This document shows positions 18,270 to 27,613 of a DNA stretch of 64,000 nucleotides, one piece after another; position 1 is the stretch's first letter, and each line of letters begins with the position of its first letter. The notes beneath the pieces were generated by a model. That model was not told where the DNA came from. It saw nothing but the letters and a program-made list of their open reading frames with translations, and did not search any database. The stretch is taken from positions 8,186 to 72,185 of the forward strand of contig JBDHKN010000034.1 in assembly GCA_039586365.1 (NCBI GenBank). Direction: 5' to 3'. The position numbers were made by a program, and so were the translations under genes. The DNA is from Gemmatimonadota bacterium. Lineage in GTDB: Bacteria > Gemmatimonadota > Gemmatimonadetes > Gemmatimonadales > GWC2-71-9.

Positions 18270-18704
18270 ATGGCCGACAATACGGTTGACCGACTCTTGG
18301 TTTTTCGGGTGGCTGAGCAGAACTATGCGGCTGTTGCTTCGGTTGTCCGTGAGATTCTCCCAGCTCAAAACGCTACGCGAATACCAGGTGCCACGGATTC
18401 CGTCAAGGGCTTGATCAACGTGCGCGGCCGCCTGATCACCTTGGTCGATGGACGCAAGGCTCTCAGCCACCCACCTGACGGGGGTGATGGGCCAGTCGTT
18501 ATCTTGGATGTGGGAGAGATAGCGGTTGGATTCGCGGTCGACACAGTCCTCGACTTTTGCTCCGTTTCCGCCGGTGATCTCACTGAGCGAGGGGAACTGC
18601 CCGGTATCGATCCTCGTCTGGTCCGAGCGGTGGGTCGCCAAGCCGATATATCTTTCGTGCTCCTCGACGTCGAGGCGTTACTGTCACCAATAATGGTTGC
18701 CTAG
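18270..18704 (+). CDS. cheW: CheW domain protein
   Basis: LLVFRV...VVREI...TRIPG...VKGLINVRGRLITLVD...FAVDTV; ATG 18270 lies 1 nt after the rluD stop. Confidence 0.88.
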   Translation: MADNTVDRLLVFRVAEQNYAAVASVVREILPAQNATRIPGATDSVKGLINVRGRLITLVDGRKALSHPPDGGDGPVVILDVGEIAVGFAVDTVLDFCSVSAGDLTERGELPGIDPRLVRAVGRQADISFVLLDVEALLSPIMVA

Positions 18705-18716
18705 AGGGGGGAACGC

Positions 18717-19079
18717 GTGAGTCACTCAGTCCTCGTTTGCGACGACGCGATCTTCATGAGAACGATGATCAGCGACATCCTGTCTCAAGCGGGATACGAA
18801 GTTGTCGGAGAAGCTGAGACCGGGCTCCAAGCTGTTGCGAAGTACAAGGAGCTGAAGCCCGATCTCGTGACCATGGACATCGTGATGCCCGACATGGGTG
18901 GGATTGATGCGGTGCGCGAGATCGTTGCTCACGATCCCGATGCCTGTATTCTGATGTGTAGCGCCATGGGTCAACAGGCACTGGTTGTGGAGGCGATTCA
19001 GGCTGGTGCCAAGGACTTCGTGGTCAAACCGTTTCAACCCTCTCGGGTCCTTGAGGCGGTGCAGCGGGTTCTCGGATAG
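18717..19079 (+). CDS. cheY: Chemotaxis response regulator CheY
   Basis: Stand-alone receiver: VCDDAIFMR, TMDIVMP, CSAMGQ, FVVKPF (Thermotoga/Bacillus-like). Confidence 0.93.
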   Translation: MSHSVLVCDDAIFMRTMISDILSQAGYEVVGEAETGLQAVAKYKELKPDLVTMDIVMPDMGGIDAVREIVAHDPDACILMCSAMGQQALVVEAIQAGAKDFVVKPFQPSRVLEAVQRVLG

Positions 19080-19081
19080 GC

Positions 19082-20941
19082 ATGGACCTGTCGCAATATG
19101 CGGAGTTATTCCTTGCCGAGAGTCGGGAACACCTAGGCACCATCAATCAACAGCTCCTTGAGTGGGAGCGCGTCCCGGAATCCGGCGAACCCGTCGGTGG
19201 CATATTCCGGGCGGTCCACACTATCAAAGGCATGGCAGCCACCATGGGCTATGCCGACGTCACCGATCTCGCTCACCGGATGGAGAACCTCCTCGACATC
19301 CTCCGCAGCGGTGAACACGAGGCCACCGACCAGGTATTCGAGCTCCTGTTTCAGGCTGCGGATGCCCTCGACAAAGTAGTTGAGTCGTCGGTCTCAGGCA
19401 GGGAGTTGGATGCGGACACGAGCGATGTGCTCGCGCGGCTCGACGCCACATGCCAGGCGTTGGTGCCGACGGCGAAACCCAGGCCGCCACCTGTCCCACG
19501 ATCAGTGGATCCGCCACAAGCCGCCGGAAAGTGGGTGCGCGTGGTAATCGATCCCAGCGCCACCCTCAAAGGTGCGCGGGCAGCAGTCGTTCTGAGGCGC
19601 CTGGAGCAGATTGGCCAGGTCAATACAGTGCAGCCACCGGCCACCGTTTTTGAAACTGAGGATTTCGACGGTGAGTTCGGACTCCGAATCGAAACCTCCG
19701 CTGACGATGAAGTCATTGAGGAGCAGATCCGCGCGGCGGGAGACATCGCAGAGGTTTACGTCGGTAATGGTGCGGGAGACAGATTGGTCGAGCGGCCGGA
19801 GGCGCGGACACGGCATATAAGGGTGGACCTCAGGCGCGTGGATGCAATGATGAACTTGGTGGGAGAACTGGTGACCACCAAAGATCGCCTGGCGCAACTC
19901 AGCGCCGGTCGGGGTGACCCGACGCTCGATGATGTCAGCCTCAAGATGTCTCACCTCACTACACAGCTGCAATCGGAGATTCTAGATGCCCGCATGACGC
20001 CGGTGTGGCAGGTGTTCGATCGTTTCCCAAGACTCGTCAGGGATCTATCCAAGCAGCTCGGTAAGGTGATCGAGTTCAAGGTCGAAGGGAAGGAGATAGA
20101 GCTCGATCGGGCGATCTTGGATGAGATCGCTGATCCCTTGGTTCATCTACTGCGAAACGCGGTCGATCACGGGATTGAACCGGCGGCCGAGCGGGTGGCT
20201 GCAGGGAAGCCGCCGAGCGGCCACATCGTTCTGTCGGCCGTGCGCGAGCGAGCGACCGTCGCGATTCAGGTGAGCGACGATGGGCGGGGAATCGATCGAG
20301 CGAAGTTGCTGGCGGATGCCAAGCGGACTGGTATGCTCGATGAAGACGTCGATGTGCTCAGCGACGAGTTGTTGTTACGGGTGCTGTCACGGCCTGGCTT
20401 CAGCACTGCTGCTGCAGTGTCAAATGTGTCGGGTCGTGGGGTCGGGATCGATGCCGTGGCCAGCAGTCTGCGAACTCTGGGTGGCGGACTCGAGGTGCTC
20501 AGTGTGCCGGGACAGGGGACGGTGTTCAGCTTGCGGCTACCCATAACACTGGCTATTGTGCGCGCGCTCACGGCTGAAGTTGGGGAGGAACGCTACCTTC
20601 TTCCCGTGACGCACGTTGCCGAGACAGTCGATCTGAGTGAAGAGACGACCACCAGCTTGGAGGGTGAAGATGCGATGCTCTTCAGGGGGGAGATGATCCC
20701 GCTGCTGGATCTTCGCAAGGTAGTGCAGCTGCCGGGAGAGGGGCATGGTCGACGACCGGTTGTGGTACTCCAAATTGGCGAGCGGAGGTCCGGTTTGGTG
20801 GTCGATGCTCTCACCGGTCAGCAGGAGATCGTGGTCAAGACCTTCGATGCACCGCGCGGCACATTACCCATCTTCAGTGGGGCGACAGTCTTGGGTGATG
20901 GATCGCCGGCCCTCATTCTGGACACCGGCGGACTAGTGTAG
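19082..20941 (+). CDS. cheA: Chemotaxis histidine kinase CheA
   Basis: P1 FRAVHTIKG, P2 domain, P3 MNLVGEL, P4 HLLRNAVDHGIE/DDGRG/GFST/SGRGVG, C-terminal CheW-like P5; no receiver domain. Confidence 0.96.
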   Translation: MDLSQYAELFLAESREHLGTINQQLLEWERVPESGEPVGGIFRAVHTIKGMAATMGYADVTDLAHRMENLLDILRSGEHEATDQVFELLFQAADALDKVVESSVSGRELDADTSDVLARLDATCQALVPTAKPRPPPVPRSVDPPQAAGKWVRVVIDPSATLKGARAAVVLRRLEQIGQVNTVQPPATVFETEDFDGEFGLRIETSADDEVIEEQIRAAGDIAEVYVGNGAGDRLVERPEARTRHIRVDLRRVDAMMNLVGELVTTKDRLAQLSAGRGDPTLDDVSLKMSHLTTQLQSEILDARMTPVWQVFDRFPRLVRDLSKQLGKVIEFKVEGKEIELDRAILDEIADPLVHLLRNAVDHGIEPAAERVAAGKPPSGHIVLSAVRERATVAIQVSDDGRGIDRAKLLADAKRTGMLDEDVDVLSDELLLRVLSRPGFSTAAAVSNVSGRGVGIDAVASSLRTLGGGLEVLSVPGQGTVFSLRLPITLAIVRALTAEVGEERYLLPVTHVAETVDLSEETTTSLEGEDAMLFRGEMIPLLDLRKVVQLPGEGHGRRPVVVLQIGERRSGLVVDALTGQQEIVVKTFDAPRGTLPIFSGATVLGDGSPALILDTGGLV

Positions 20942-20951
20942 GAGAGACCGA

Positions 20952-21575
20952 ATGGAAGACTTGCGTCATCTCGAGTCGCTGCAACTCGATGCATTAAAGG
21001 AAGTGGCCAACATAGGGGCGGGTCATGCCGCCACAGCGCTGTCGCAGCTTACCGACCGTCGCATCATGATTGACGTGCCTGAGATCATGGTAACGGATCT
21101 GGACGGCCTCGCTGACCTGTTGGTGGCCACTGACAGGGTCGTTGCAGCGGTGCTAATGCACATGCTCGGGGATCTCACCGGGCGCACCCTCCTCATGATC
21201 CCGGAGGAGAACGCGAAGCTCCTGTGCGATCTCCTGCTCAAGCGGGATCCAGGAACAACACAGTCATTCGACGAACTGGAGCGATCCGGCCTGAAAGAGG
21301 CGGGCAACATCCTTGGCGGGGCCTACATGAATGCCCTGTCCGACTTCATGGGAATGATGTTGCTGCCGTCGGTCCCCAGCCTAGCCATAGACCTCGCGTC
21401 AGCAGTCGTGACCACAGCACATCTGAGCTTTGGGCGTGATCGCGACTACGTGTTCTGCGTCGAGACCGATTTCCACTTCGAGGAAGCTGACCGAAAGCTC
21501 AAGGGCCACTTCTTGTTGTTGCCCGACCTCGCCTCACTGAAGGAGATCCTCAAGGCCATCAGGTTGATGGGATAG
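20952..21575 (+). CDS. cheC: CheY-P phosphatase CheC
   Basis: Two active-site motifs DALKEVANIGAG and SGLKEAGNILGG, each followed by a conserved Pro. Confidence 0.93.
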   Translation: MEDLRHLESLQLDALKEVANIGAGHAATALSQLTDRRIMIDVPEIMVTDLDGLADLLVATDRVVAAVLMHMLGDLTGRTLLMIPEENAKLLCDLLLKRDPGTTQSFDELERSGLKEAGNILGGAYMNALSDFMGMMLLPSVPSLAIDLASAVVTTAHLSFGRDRDYVFCVETDFHFEEADRKLKGHFLLLPDLASLKEILKAIRLMG

Positions 21576-21579
21576 GGAG

Positions 21580-24252
21580 ATGTCATTAACCGAGAGAGAT
21601 CATGATATTCTCCGGTCGCTAGCACGTTGCATCGATCCGTCCGATGCAGGTGCTCACAACAACCTCGGTGTACTCTACTACATGAAGGACCTGACGGCGG
21701 AAGCGGTGGAGCAGTTCGCTCGAGCGTTGGAGCTGGATCCCAGGATGCAGGTGGCCGAGCGCAACCTCGAGTTGGCTTACCGACGCTCAGGCCACTACAA
21801 CGAGCAGGTGCGGGAACTACGGAGGCAACTTCGGTCGGACCCGGAGAACCGTGATGCTCGTTGGGAACTGGGACGCGCTTACGCATCGCTGGCCCAATAC
21901 GATGCTGCTGCGAGTGAGTTCCAGACGATTCTGTCTCGTGACCCCACCGACGTCGCTGCGATCGTGCAACTGGCGTTGGCCGAGAAGAAACTGGGGCAGT
22001 TGGAAACGGCGTCGGAATGGCTGGAGCGGGCGGCGGATCTTGATCCAGCGAGCAGTGTGGTGCGGTTCTATCTCGGTGAGGTGATGTATAACCGGGGGCT
22101 CAACGCAGAGGCGCTCGAGGCTCTGGAGCAAGCCGTAAAAGTCAGTCCCGATTACGCCGATGCCCATTACCTGTTGGCCTTTGTGCTGGGCGATATGGGG
22201 CGGCATGACGAGGCGCGCAAAGCGACCAAGCGGGCGATACAACTCAACCCTACCTATGGAAGGGCTCAGACGAACCTGTCAATTGAGCGGGTGACCGGTG
22301 AGAGTGTGGGCGCTACTTCAGAGACACCGCAATCCGCGGGCGCCGACACCCACCAGGGCACTCTCGCTCACTACAATCTCGGCCGTGCCTTCCGACGGCA
22401 GGGTTACTACCAGGAGGCGCTGCACGAGTATCAATTGGCTTTGGACCGTGGCGAGGACCACTTCTTGGTTGAGCACGGCGTGGCTGAGGTCCACTTGCTG
22501 CGACGGGACTATGCCGGTGCCATTGAATTGTATGAAGTGCTGGTTGAGGCGTCTCCTGACTCCGCCAAACTGTGGAATGAACGTGGCGTCGTGCTGCATC
22601 AACTGGGCAGGTTCGAGGACGCAGTCGCATCTTATCGTCGCGCTGTCGAACTCACTCCGGCCTATACACTAGCCCACAACAACCTGGGGATAGCGCTGGC
22701 TCAGCAGGGGAGCCACGACGACGCGTTGGCTGCCCTCTCTCAGGCTGCCGGCAGTGATCCCAAGCTGCCGGTTGCGCGACTCAATCTTGGTCTCCTGTTG
22801 CTCAAGCTCGGTAGGTTGGAGCTGGCGTTGGCGACGTTTCGGAAGCTGCTGGAGCAACATCCCGACACAGCTGGGGCGTGGAATGGGATAGGTCTCGTAC
22901 TCAACGAACTGGGACGACCTGAGGATGCCAGAAACGCCTTCGGTCGAGCTGTCGAAGCCGACTCGAATTCAGCTGAGGCGCACTACAATCTGAGCTTTGC
23001 TCTCTCGAAACTCGGTGACTATGACGGTGCTCTGCGGACTGTGACGCGTGCTCAGACGCTGGATCCTTACTACGTTCCTCAAAAGTTCAGACTGTCTATC
23101 GACCTGCAGTATGAGGATCCCGATCTATCTGTCGTACCAGAAATATCGGCCGACGTGATGGCCGAGACGACCAGCGCAATCAAGTTTGATCAGGGCCTGA
23201 TTGACAATCTGTTCGCGGAACTCGACAGTGCGGCAAGACAGGAAATACCTGTCTCGACGTCCGATCCGCTGACGTTGGCACGGGATTATCTGGACAAGGG
23301 TCTGCTGGACTTGGCTGCTGCTGAAACGGACCGCGCGGCAAACCGGGGAGCGGATCCGGTAGATATGCAGATCCTGTCGGGACACATTTACGCGCGTCAA
23401 GGCCTGCACGGCGAGGCTTTGGAGCGCTACCGAGGGGCGAAGAGTGCGGACCCTGATAGTGCGGTTGCGCGGTTGGGCGAGATTCGTCAGCTGGTCGCAC
23501 TCGGTAGAGGAGCCGAGGCAGTCGCCGACGCCGCTGCCCTGGCAAGTGAGCACCCCGACAACGTTGACGTACTGGTGGCACTGGCCGAAACACAACTCGC
23601 CGCTGGCGATCCCGCCAATGCGCTCGAGTACCTCAAGGAGGCCCGCGGACGAGCCCCGCAGCGAGCTGACATACTCAAGCTGGAAGGCGATATCGCTGTG
23701 GACATGGGCGATCTGGAGACTGCACAGCAAGCCTACGAGGGAGCCCTGGACCTGGAACCACGATTCGCGCAGGTCCGGCTGGACCTGGGGAAGCTGCACG
23801 AGGCCAGGAACGACCTGGTCGCCGCCGAGCGGTCCTACAGAGCGGCACTGGAGACTCTGCCTACCCTTTCTGAAGCCGCAATCGCACTGGCTCAGGTGTA
23901 CCGGCGTGCGGGCCGCTCGCGGCTGGCCGTGAACCTACTGATCGAAGTGCTCCAGAATGATCCATCGGATCTGGAGACGCTGATCGGCCTGGGGCAGTCT
24001 CTGCTGGATGATGGCCGGGTAGAGCGGGCGCTTGAGGCGTTCGGGCGCGTACTGGCATACCAGAGCAACCACGCTGGTGCCCATTTCTATCTGGGTATGG
24101 CACTGGGCCGACAACGCTGCTACACCGAGGCTATCGCGAGATGGCAGTCCGTGATTGCTCTGGAGCCGAACGGCCCATTTGCGCATGAGGCACGCAAACA
24201 CATTCGCACAGCAAACGACCTGCAGCACGTCTTCCCGACCACGGTGGCATAG
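21580..24252 (+). CDS. Large cytoplasmic multi-TPR protein
   Basis: Repeated TPR consensus (AHNNLG, AHYNLG, AWNGIG etc.) over most of 890 aa, interrupted by linkers; no signal peptide. Confidence 0.88.
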   Translation: MSLTERDHDILRSLARCIDPSDAGAHNNLGVLYYMKDLTAEAVEQFARALELDPRMQVAERNLELAYRRSGHYNEQVRELRRQLRSDPENRDARWELGRAYASLAQYDAAASEFQTILSRDPTDVAAIVQLALAEKKLGQLETASEWLERAADLDPASSVVRFYLGEVMYNRGLNAEALEALEQAVKVSPDYADAHYLLAFVLGDMGRHDEARKATKRAIQLNPTYGRAQTNLSIERVTGESVGATSETPQSAGADTHQGTLAHYNLGRAFRRQGYYQEALHEYQLALDRGEDHFLVEHGVAEVHLLRRDYAGAIELYEVLVEASPDSAKLWNERGVVLHQLGRFEDAVASYRRAVELTPAYTLAHNNLGIALAQQGSHDDALAALSQAAGSDPKLPVARLNLGLLLLKLGRLELALATFRKLLEQHPDTAGAWNGIGLVLNELGRPEDARNAFGRAVEADSNSAEAHYNLSFALSKLGDYDGALRTVTRAQTLDPYYVPQKFRLSIDLQYEDPDLSVVPEISADVMAETTSAIKFDQGLIDNLFAELDSAARQEIPVSTSDPLTLARDYLDKGLLDLAAAETDRAANRGADPVDMQILSGHIYARQGLHGEALERYRGAKSADPDSAVARLGEIRQLVALGRGAEAVADAAALASEHPDNVDVLVALAETQLAAGDPANALEYLKEARGRAPQRADILKLEGDIAVDMGDLETAQQAYEGALDLEPRFAQVRLDLGKLHEARNDLVAAERSYRAALETLPTLSEAAIALAQVYRRAGRSRLAVNLLIEVLQNDPSDLETLIGLGQSLLDDGRVERALEAFGRVLAYQSNHAGAHFYLGMALGRQRCYTEAIARWQSVIALEPNGPFAHEARKHIRTANDLQHVFPTTVA

Positions 24253-24254
24253 CT

Positions 24255-25409
24255 ATGGCGATCGAGGGCCCACTCAGAGAACTGGGCATTCACGACGTCT
24301 TTCAGTTACTCGATTTGAGTCGGAAGACCGGCAAGCTGACCGTGACGTCCAGACTGCGGCAAAACGGTGGCAGCGTGTTTTTCGAGCGAGGATCGGTCGT
24401 CTACGCTGAGATCGAAAGCAACCCGCATCTGCTGGGACGGCTGTTGGTGCAGTCGGGCAAGATCAACGAGGCTGATTTGAACAGAGCCCGCGATATGCAG
24501 CTGGAAGGAGACGAGCGGCGTTTGGGTGAAATCTTGGTGGACATCGGGGCGTTGACGGAGAAGGACCTAGAGAGACAGATGAGGTCCCAGATCGAAGAGG
24601 TTGTTTTTGAGCTCGTCGGCTGGCAGGAGGGCTACTTCTCCTTTGTTGAGGGTGAGCTGGCCGGCCTGGGTGCGGAAGCCAAGGTGCGGATCTCGACGGA
24701 GTCACTCTTGATGGAGGGCGCGCGCCGGATCGACGAGTGGTCGCGGATCGAGCGGAAGATCCCGCACCTGGGCGTCGTGCCGAGGTTCGCAGCGCGTAAC
24801 CCGGAGCAGCCGGAAGGCTACCTCGATCTGCTGCCCTTTGAGTGGCAAGTCCTTGCGGCCGTCGACCATGAGCGGGACATCCGTGCGGTGGCTGTGAGTT
24901 TGGGCAGGTCCGAGTTCGAGGTGGCCAAGGCGGTGTTTGGTCTTGAGAGTGCCGGCCTTCTGGAGCTGGAGGAGCAGCCTGGGACTGCTGCTGTGGGGGG
25001 AGGGGCAGAGGAAGTGCGGGATGCCCTCCGGCGCGCAGAGGCTGCCATGGATGCTGGGGATCTGGCACAGTCCCGACGTTGCGCGGAGCTGGCCCGGACG
25101 GGGGCACCCCACGATCCACTGGTCCACCTTATACTGGGTAAACTGGATCTGTCGGAACATCGTGCCGAGGCAGCTGAACAACACCTGCGCCGAGCGTTGC
25201 GGATCGATCCGATGCTCGTGGCCGCGCATCGACTGCTGGGCAACACGTTGGCGTTGCAGGGACGTTATTCCGAAGCGATCGAATGGTGGCAGCGGTGGAT
25301 GACTCTCGGTGAGCGCACCGAGAAGGATGCCGCCGATGTTGAGCAAGTTGAAGAAGCGCTCAAGGCCGTAGAGCGTCTTGACACCATACTCGGAGGTGCA
25401 CGTGGCTGA
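24255..25409 (+). CDS. DUF4388 (PatA-N-like) domain + MshEN-like repeat + TPR protein
   Basis: MAIEGPL..L.I.DVFQLL..SRKTGKL N-terminus; LLMEGARRIDEW; C-terminal TPRs. Confidence 0.82.
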   Translation: MAIEGPLRELGIHDVFQLLDLSRKTGKLTVTSRLRQNGGSVFFERGSVVYAEIESNPHLLGRLLVQSGKINEADLNRARDMQLEGDERRLGEILVDIGALTEKDLERQMRSQIEEVVFELVGWQEGYFSFVEGELAGLGAEAKVRISTESLLMEGARRIDEWSRIERKIPHLGVVPRFAARNPEQPEGYLDLLPFEWQVLAAVDHERDIRAVAVSLGRSEFEVAKAVFGLESAGLLELEEQPGTAAVGGGAEEVRDALRRAEAAMDAGDLAQSRRCAELARTGAPHDPLVHLILGKLDLSEHRAEAAEQHLRRALRIDPMLVAAHRLLGNTLALQGRYSEAIEWWQRWMTLGERTEKDAADVEQVEEALKAVERLDTILGGARG

Positions 25410-26196
25410 TGATATCCGGACGTTGAGCTCCGAGCTGGCTCGGGATCCTGACAGCCTGGTGTTTCTCGAGTTGGGTGAGGTGCTGAGGTCAAGGGGGCAG
25501 CTATACCTCGCAGCCAAAGTCGCCGTGACAGGTTTGGAGCGCCATCCACGACTGGCCGATGCCCACGACCTTTACGCTCGGATCCTAGCTGACATGGGAC
25601 ATCCTGAGCAGGCGCAGGAGGAGTGGTCACTCGCGCTTGGTATCGACCCAAGACACTGCGGGGCTCACAAAGGACTGGGTTTCCTGGCCTACCGGTGGGG
25701 CGACCTCGACAAAGCACTAGAGCATCTGGAGTGGGCGCTCGCCACGGATCCGTTGGATTCGAGCGTGGTAGAGGCGCTCAGGATGGTCCGACGCACTGCC
25801 GAGGAATCAGCGGCTACGGTTTCTGGAGCCGAGCTTCCGCCGGTCTTCGCGGGATTGGAGGGGGCAGAGCACGGCCTCTTGTTGTTGGACACCAGGGGAC
25901 GCGTCTTGGCCGGAGGGATGAAGAGCGTGACTGGTGCCGACGTGTCAAACGACGTGGCAGCCTACGTAGCGGGAGGCGCTCAGGAGGCTGAGCGCACCTC
26001 GCGGATACTCGAGCTGGGGGATTGGCAGTGGATGGTGATAGAAGGATCCGCGGGAAACCTCCATATCAGCCGTCCCGAGACCGAGGCAGCGCTGTTGGTA
26101 GCTCGTGACCGCAGCGTTCCGTCCGGCAGGCTATCGATCTTGGCCGACCGGGCTACCAGAGTTGCCAAAGCGTGGATCGAGGCACAGGAGCCGTGA
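25402..26196 (+). CDS. TPR + roadblock/LC7-like domain protein
   Basis: GTG 25402 after GGAGG; N-terminal TPRs; C-terminal LLLLDTRGRVLAG...MVIEGSAGNL roadblock-like pattern. Confidence 0.7.
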   Translation: MADDIRTLSSELARDPDSLVFLELGEVLRSRGQLYLAAKVAVTGLERHPRLADAHDLYARILADMGHPEQAQEEWSLALGIDPRHCGAHKGLGFLAYRWGDLDKALEHLEWALATDPLDSSVVEALRMVRRTAEESAATVSGAELPPVFAGLEGAEHGLLLLDTRGRVLAGGMKSVTGADVSNDVAAYVAGGAQEAERTSRILELGDWQWMVIEGSAGNLHISRPETEAALLVARDRSVPSGRLSILADRATRVAKAWIEAQEP

Positions 26197-26543
26197 CCGA
26201 GCGATTGCGGCAGTCACTGGACAAGATCACGCGGGTTCGCGGTGTGCGGGGAGCGCTCTTGGTGACCGGGGACGATGGTCTGATCGTGGCAGACGCCGTA
26301 ATGGACAGTGTGCGTGGTGACGCGGTAGCGGCTCTCGGGGCAAACTTGGCCACGCGCATGGCGAAGACGTGCGAATGCTCCGGAGTTGGCAGCCTGCAGT
26401 TTGTCCATCTCCAGTCGGTCCAGGGGACCCTCTTGGTCATGCCTTTGGCCGAGGAAGTGGTCCTGGTGGTCATCGGCGACAAGGACATCAACGTCGGCTT
26501 GGTCAGGCTGGAGATGCAAGGCATGTCGGAGGCGGTGCCGTGA
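26193..26543 (+). CDS. Roadblock/LC7 domain protein
   Basis: GVRGALLVTGDDGLIVA...VAAL...NVGLVRLEM; GTG 26193 overlaps the upstream stop. Confidence 0.85.
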   Translation: MTERLRQSLDKITRVRGVRGALLVTGDDGLIVADAVMDSVRGDAVAALGANLATRMAKTCECSGVGSLQFVHLQSVQGTLLVMPLAEEVVLVVIGDKDINVGLVRLEMQGMSEAVP

Positions 26544-27010
26544 TCCCGACCCGGTCGATCGAGCCGTGGATCAAAGAGCCGCTGGAGCGGTTCGTCGCCG
26601 AGGCTGGAGCCAGGCTGACGTTGATCATGACTACTGCTGGTCAAGTGCTTGCCCAACATGGGTTTACGCGTGCGGTTGACGTCATGGCAGCGGCTGCGCT
26701 GGGCGCGGCGATCCACTCGTCAACGAGGGAGATCGCGCGGGCTGTTGGGGAGAGCGAGTTCAAGGCGCTCAATCATCAAGGGATCAGACACGGTATCTAC
26801 CTAGCGGAGATGCAGACCCCACGGGGAAGGCTCTTGGCCCTGGTCGTGTACGGTACCGAATCCTCGGTGGGACTGGTGCAACTCTTTTACGAGGATCTGG
26901 TCCGCGATCTCAGTAAGGCGTGTCCGCGAGAAGAGAGGAAGAAACCTGTCATCGCATCTAACTTCGAACGGGAGCTGGATGAGAGTCTCGCTTCACTTTT
27001 TCGGCGGTGA
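26540..27010 (+). CDS. mglB: MglB-like GTPase-activating roadblock protein
   Basis: Roadblock pattern (GQVLAQHG...AAAL...EIARAVGESEF...SVGLVQL) with acidic C-terminal helix; directly upstream of mglA. Confidence 0.75.
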   Translation: MIPTRSIEPWIKEPLERFVAEAGARLTLIMTTAGQVLAQHGFTRAVDVMAAAALGAAIHSSTREIARAVGESEFKALNHQGIRHGIYLAEMQTPRGRLLALVVYGTESSVGLVQLFYEDLVRDLSKACPREERKKPVIASNFERELDESLASLFRR

Positions 27011-27013
27011 GTT

Positions 27014-27613
27014 GTGTCACTAGTCAACTTCACCACACGCGAAATCACCTGTAAGATCGTGTACTATGGACCGGGACGATCGGGTAAGACGAGCAACCTC
27101 CAGTATATCTATGGCCGCGTGCCGGAGAATCGGCGCGGCAGGATGGTATCGTTGGCGACTCAGACCGACCGTACTCTCTTCTTCGATTTCTTGCCCCTGG
27201 AACTGGGCTCGATTTCCGGCTTCGCGACGCGGTTCCAGCTGTACACTGTCCCGGGTCAGGTTTATTACAACGCCACTCGCAAGTTGGTACTGCAGGGTGC
27301 GGATGGGGTCGTATTCGTGGCTGACAGCCAGGCTCGCCAGCTCGATGAAAACGTGGAGAGCCTGCAGAACCTCCAGGCAAACCTACTTGACCAAGCCGTA
27401 GACATCCGTGAACTGCCCATGGTCCTGCAGTACAACAAGCAGGATCTCCCGTCGGATCTCATTCTGACCCCTCAGGAGCTGGACGACGCCATCAACTTCC
27501 GAGGCGTGCCTAGTTTTCCTGCTGACGCCTTGAGGGGTGGTGGAGTGTTCGAGACTCTCAAGGGAATATCTGAGCAGTTGTTGCGCAAACTGAGTGAGGA
27601 ATCTCCGACGTGA
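27014..27613 (+). CDS. mglA: MglA Ras-like small GTPase
   Basis: REITCKIVYYGPGRSGKT, TDRTLFFDFLP (intrinsic Arg), LYTVPGQV (catalytic Gln), QYNKQD. Confidence 0.95.
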   Translation: MSLVNFTTREITCKIVYYGPGRSGKTSNLQYIYGRVPENRRGRMVSLATQTDRTLFFDFLPLELGSISGFATRFQLYTVPGQVYYNATRKLVLQGADGVVFVADSQARQLDENVESLQNLQANLLDQAVDIRELPMVLQYNKQDLPSDLILTPQELDDAINFRGVPSFPADALRGGGVFETLKGISEQLLRKLSEESPT

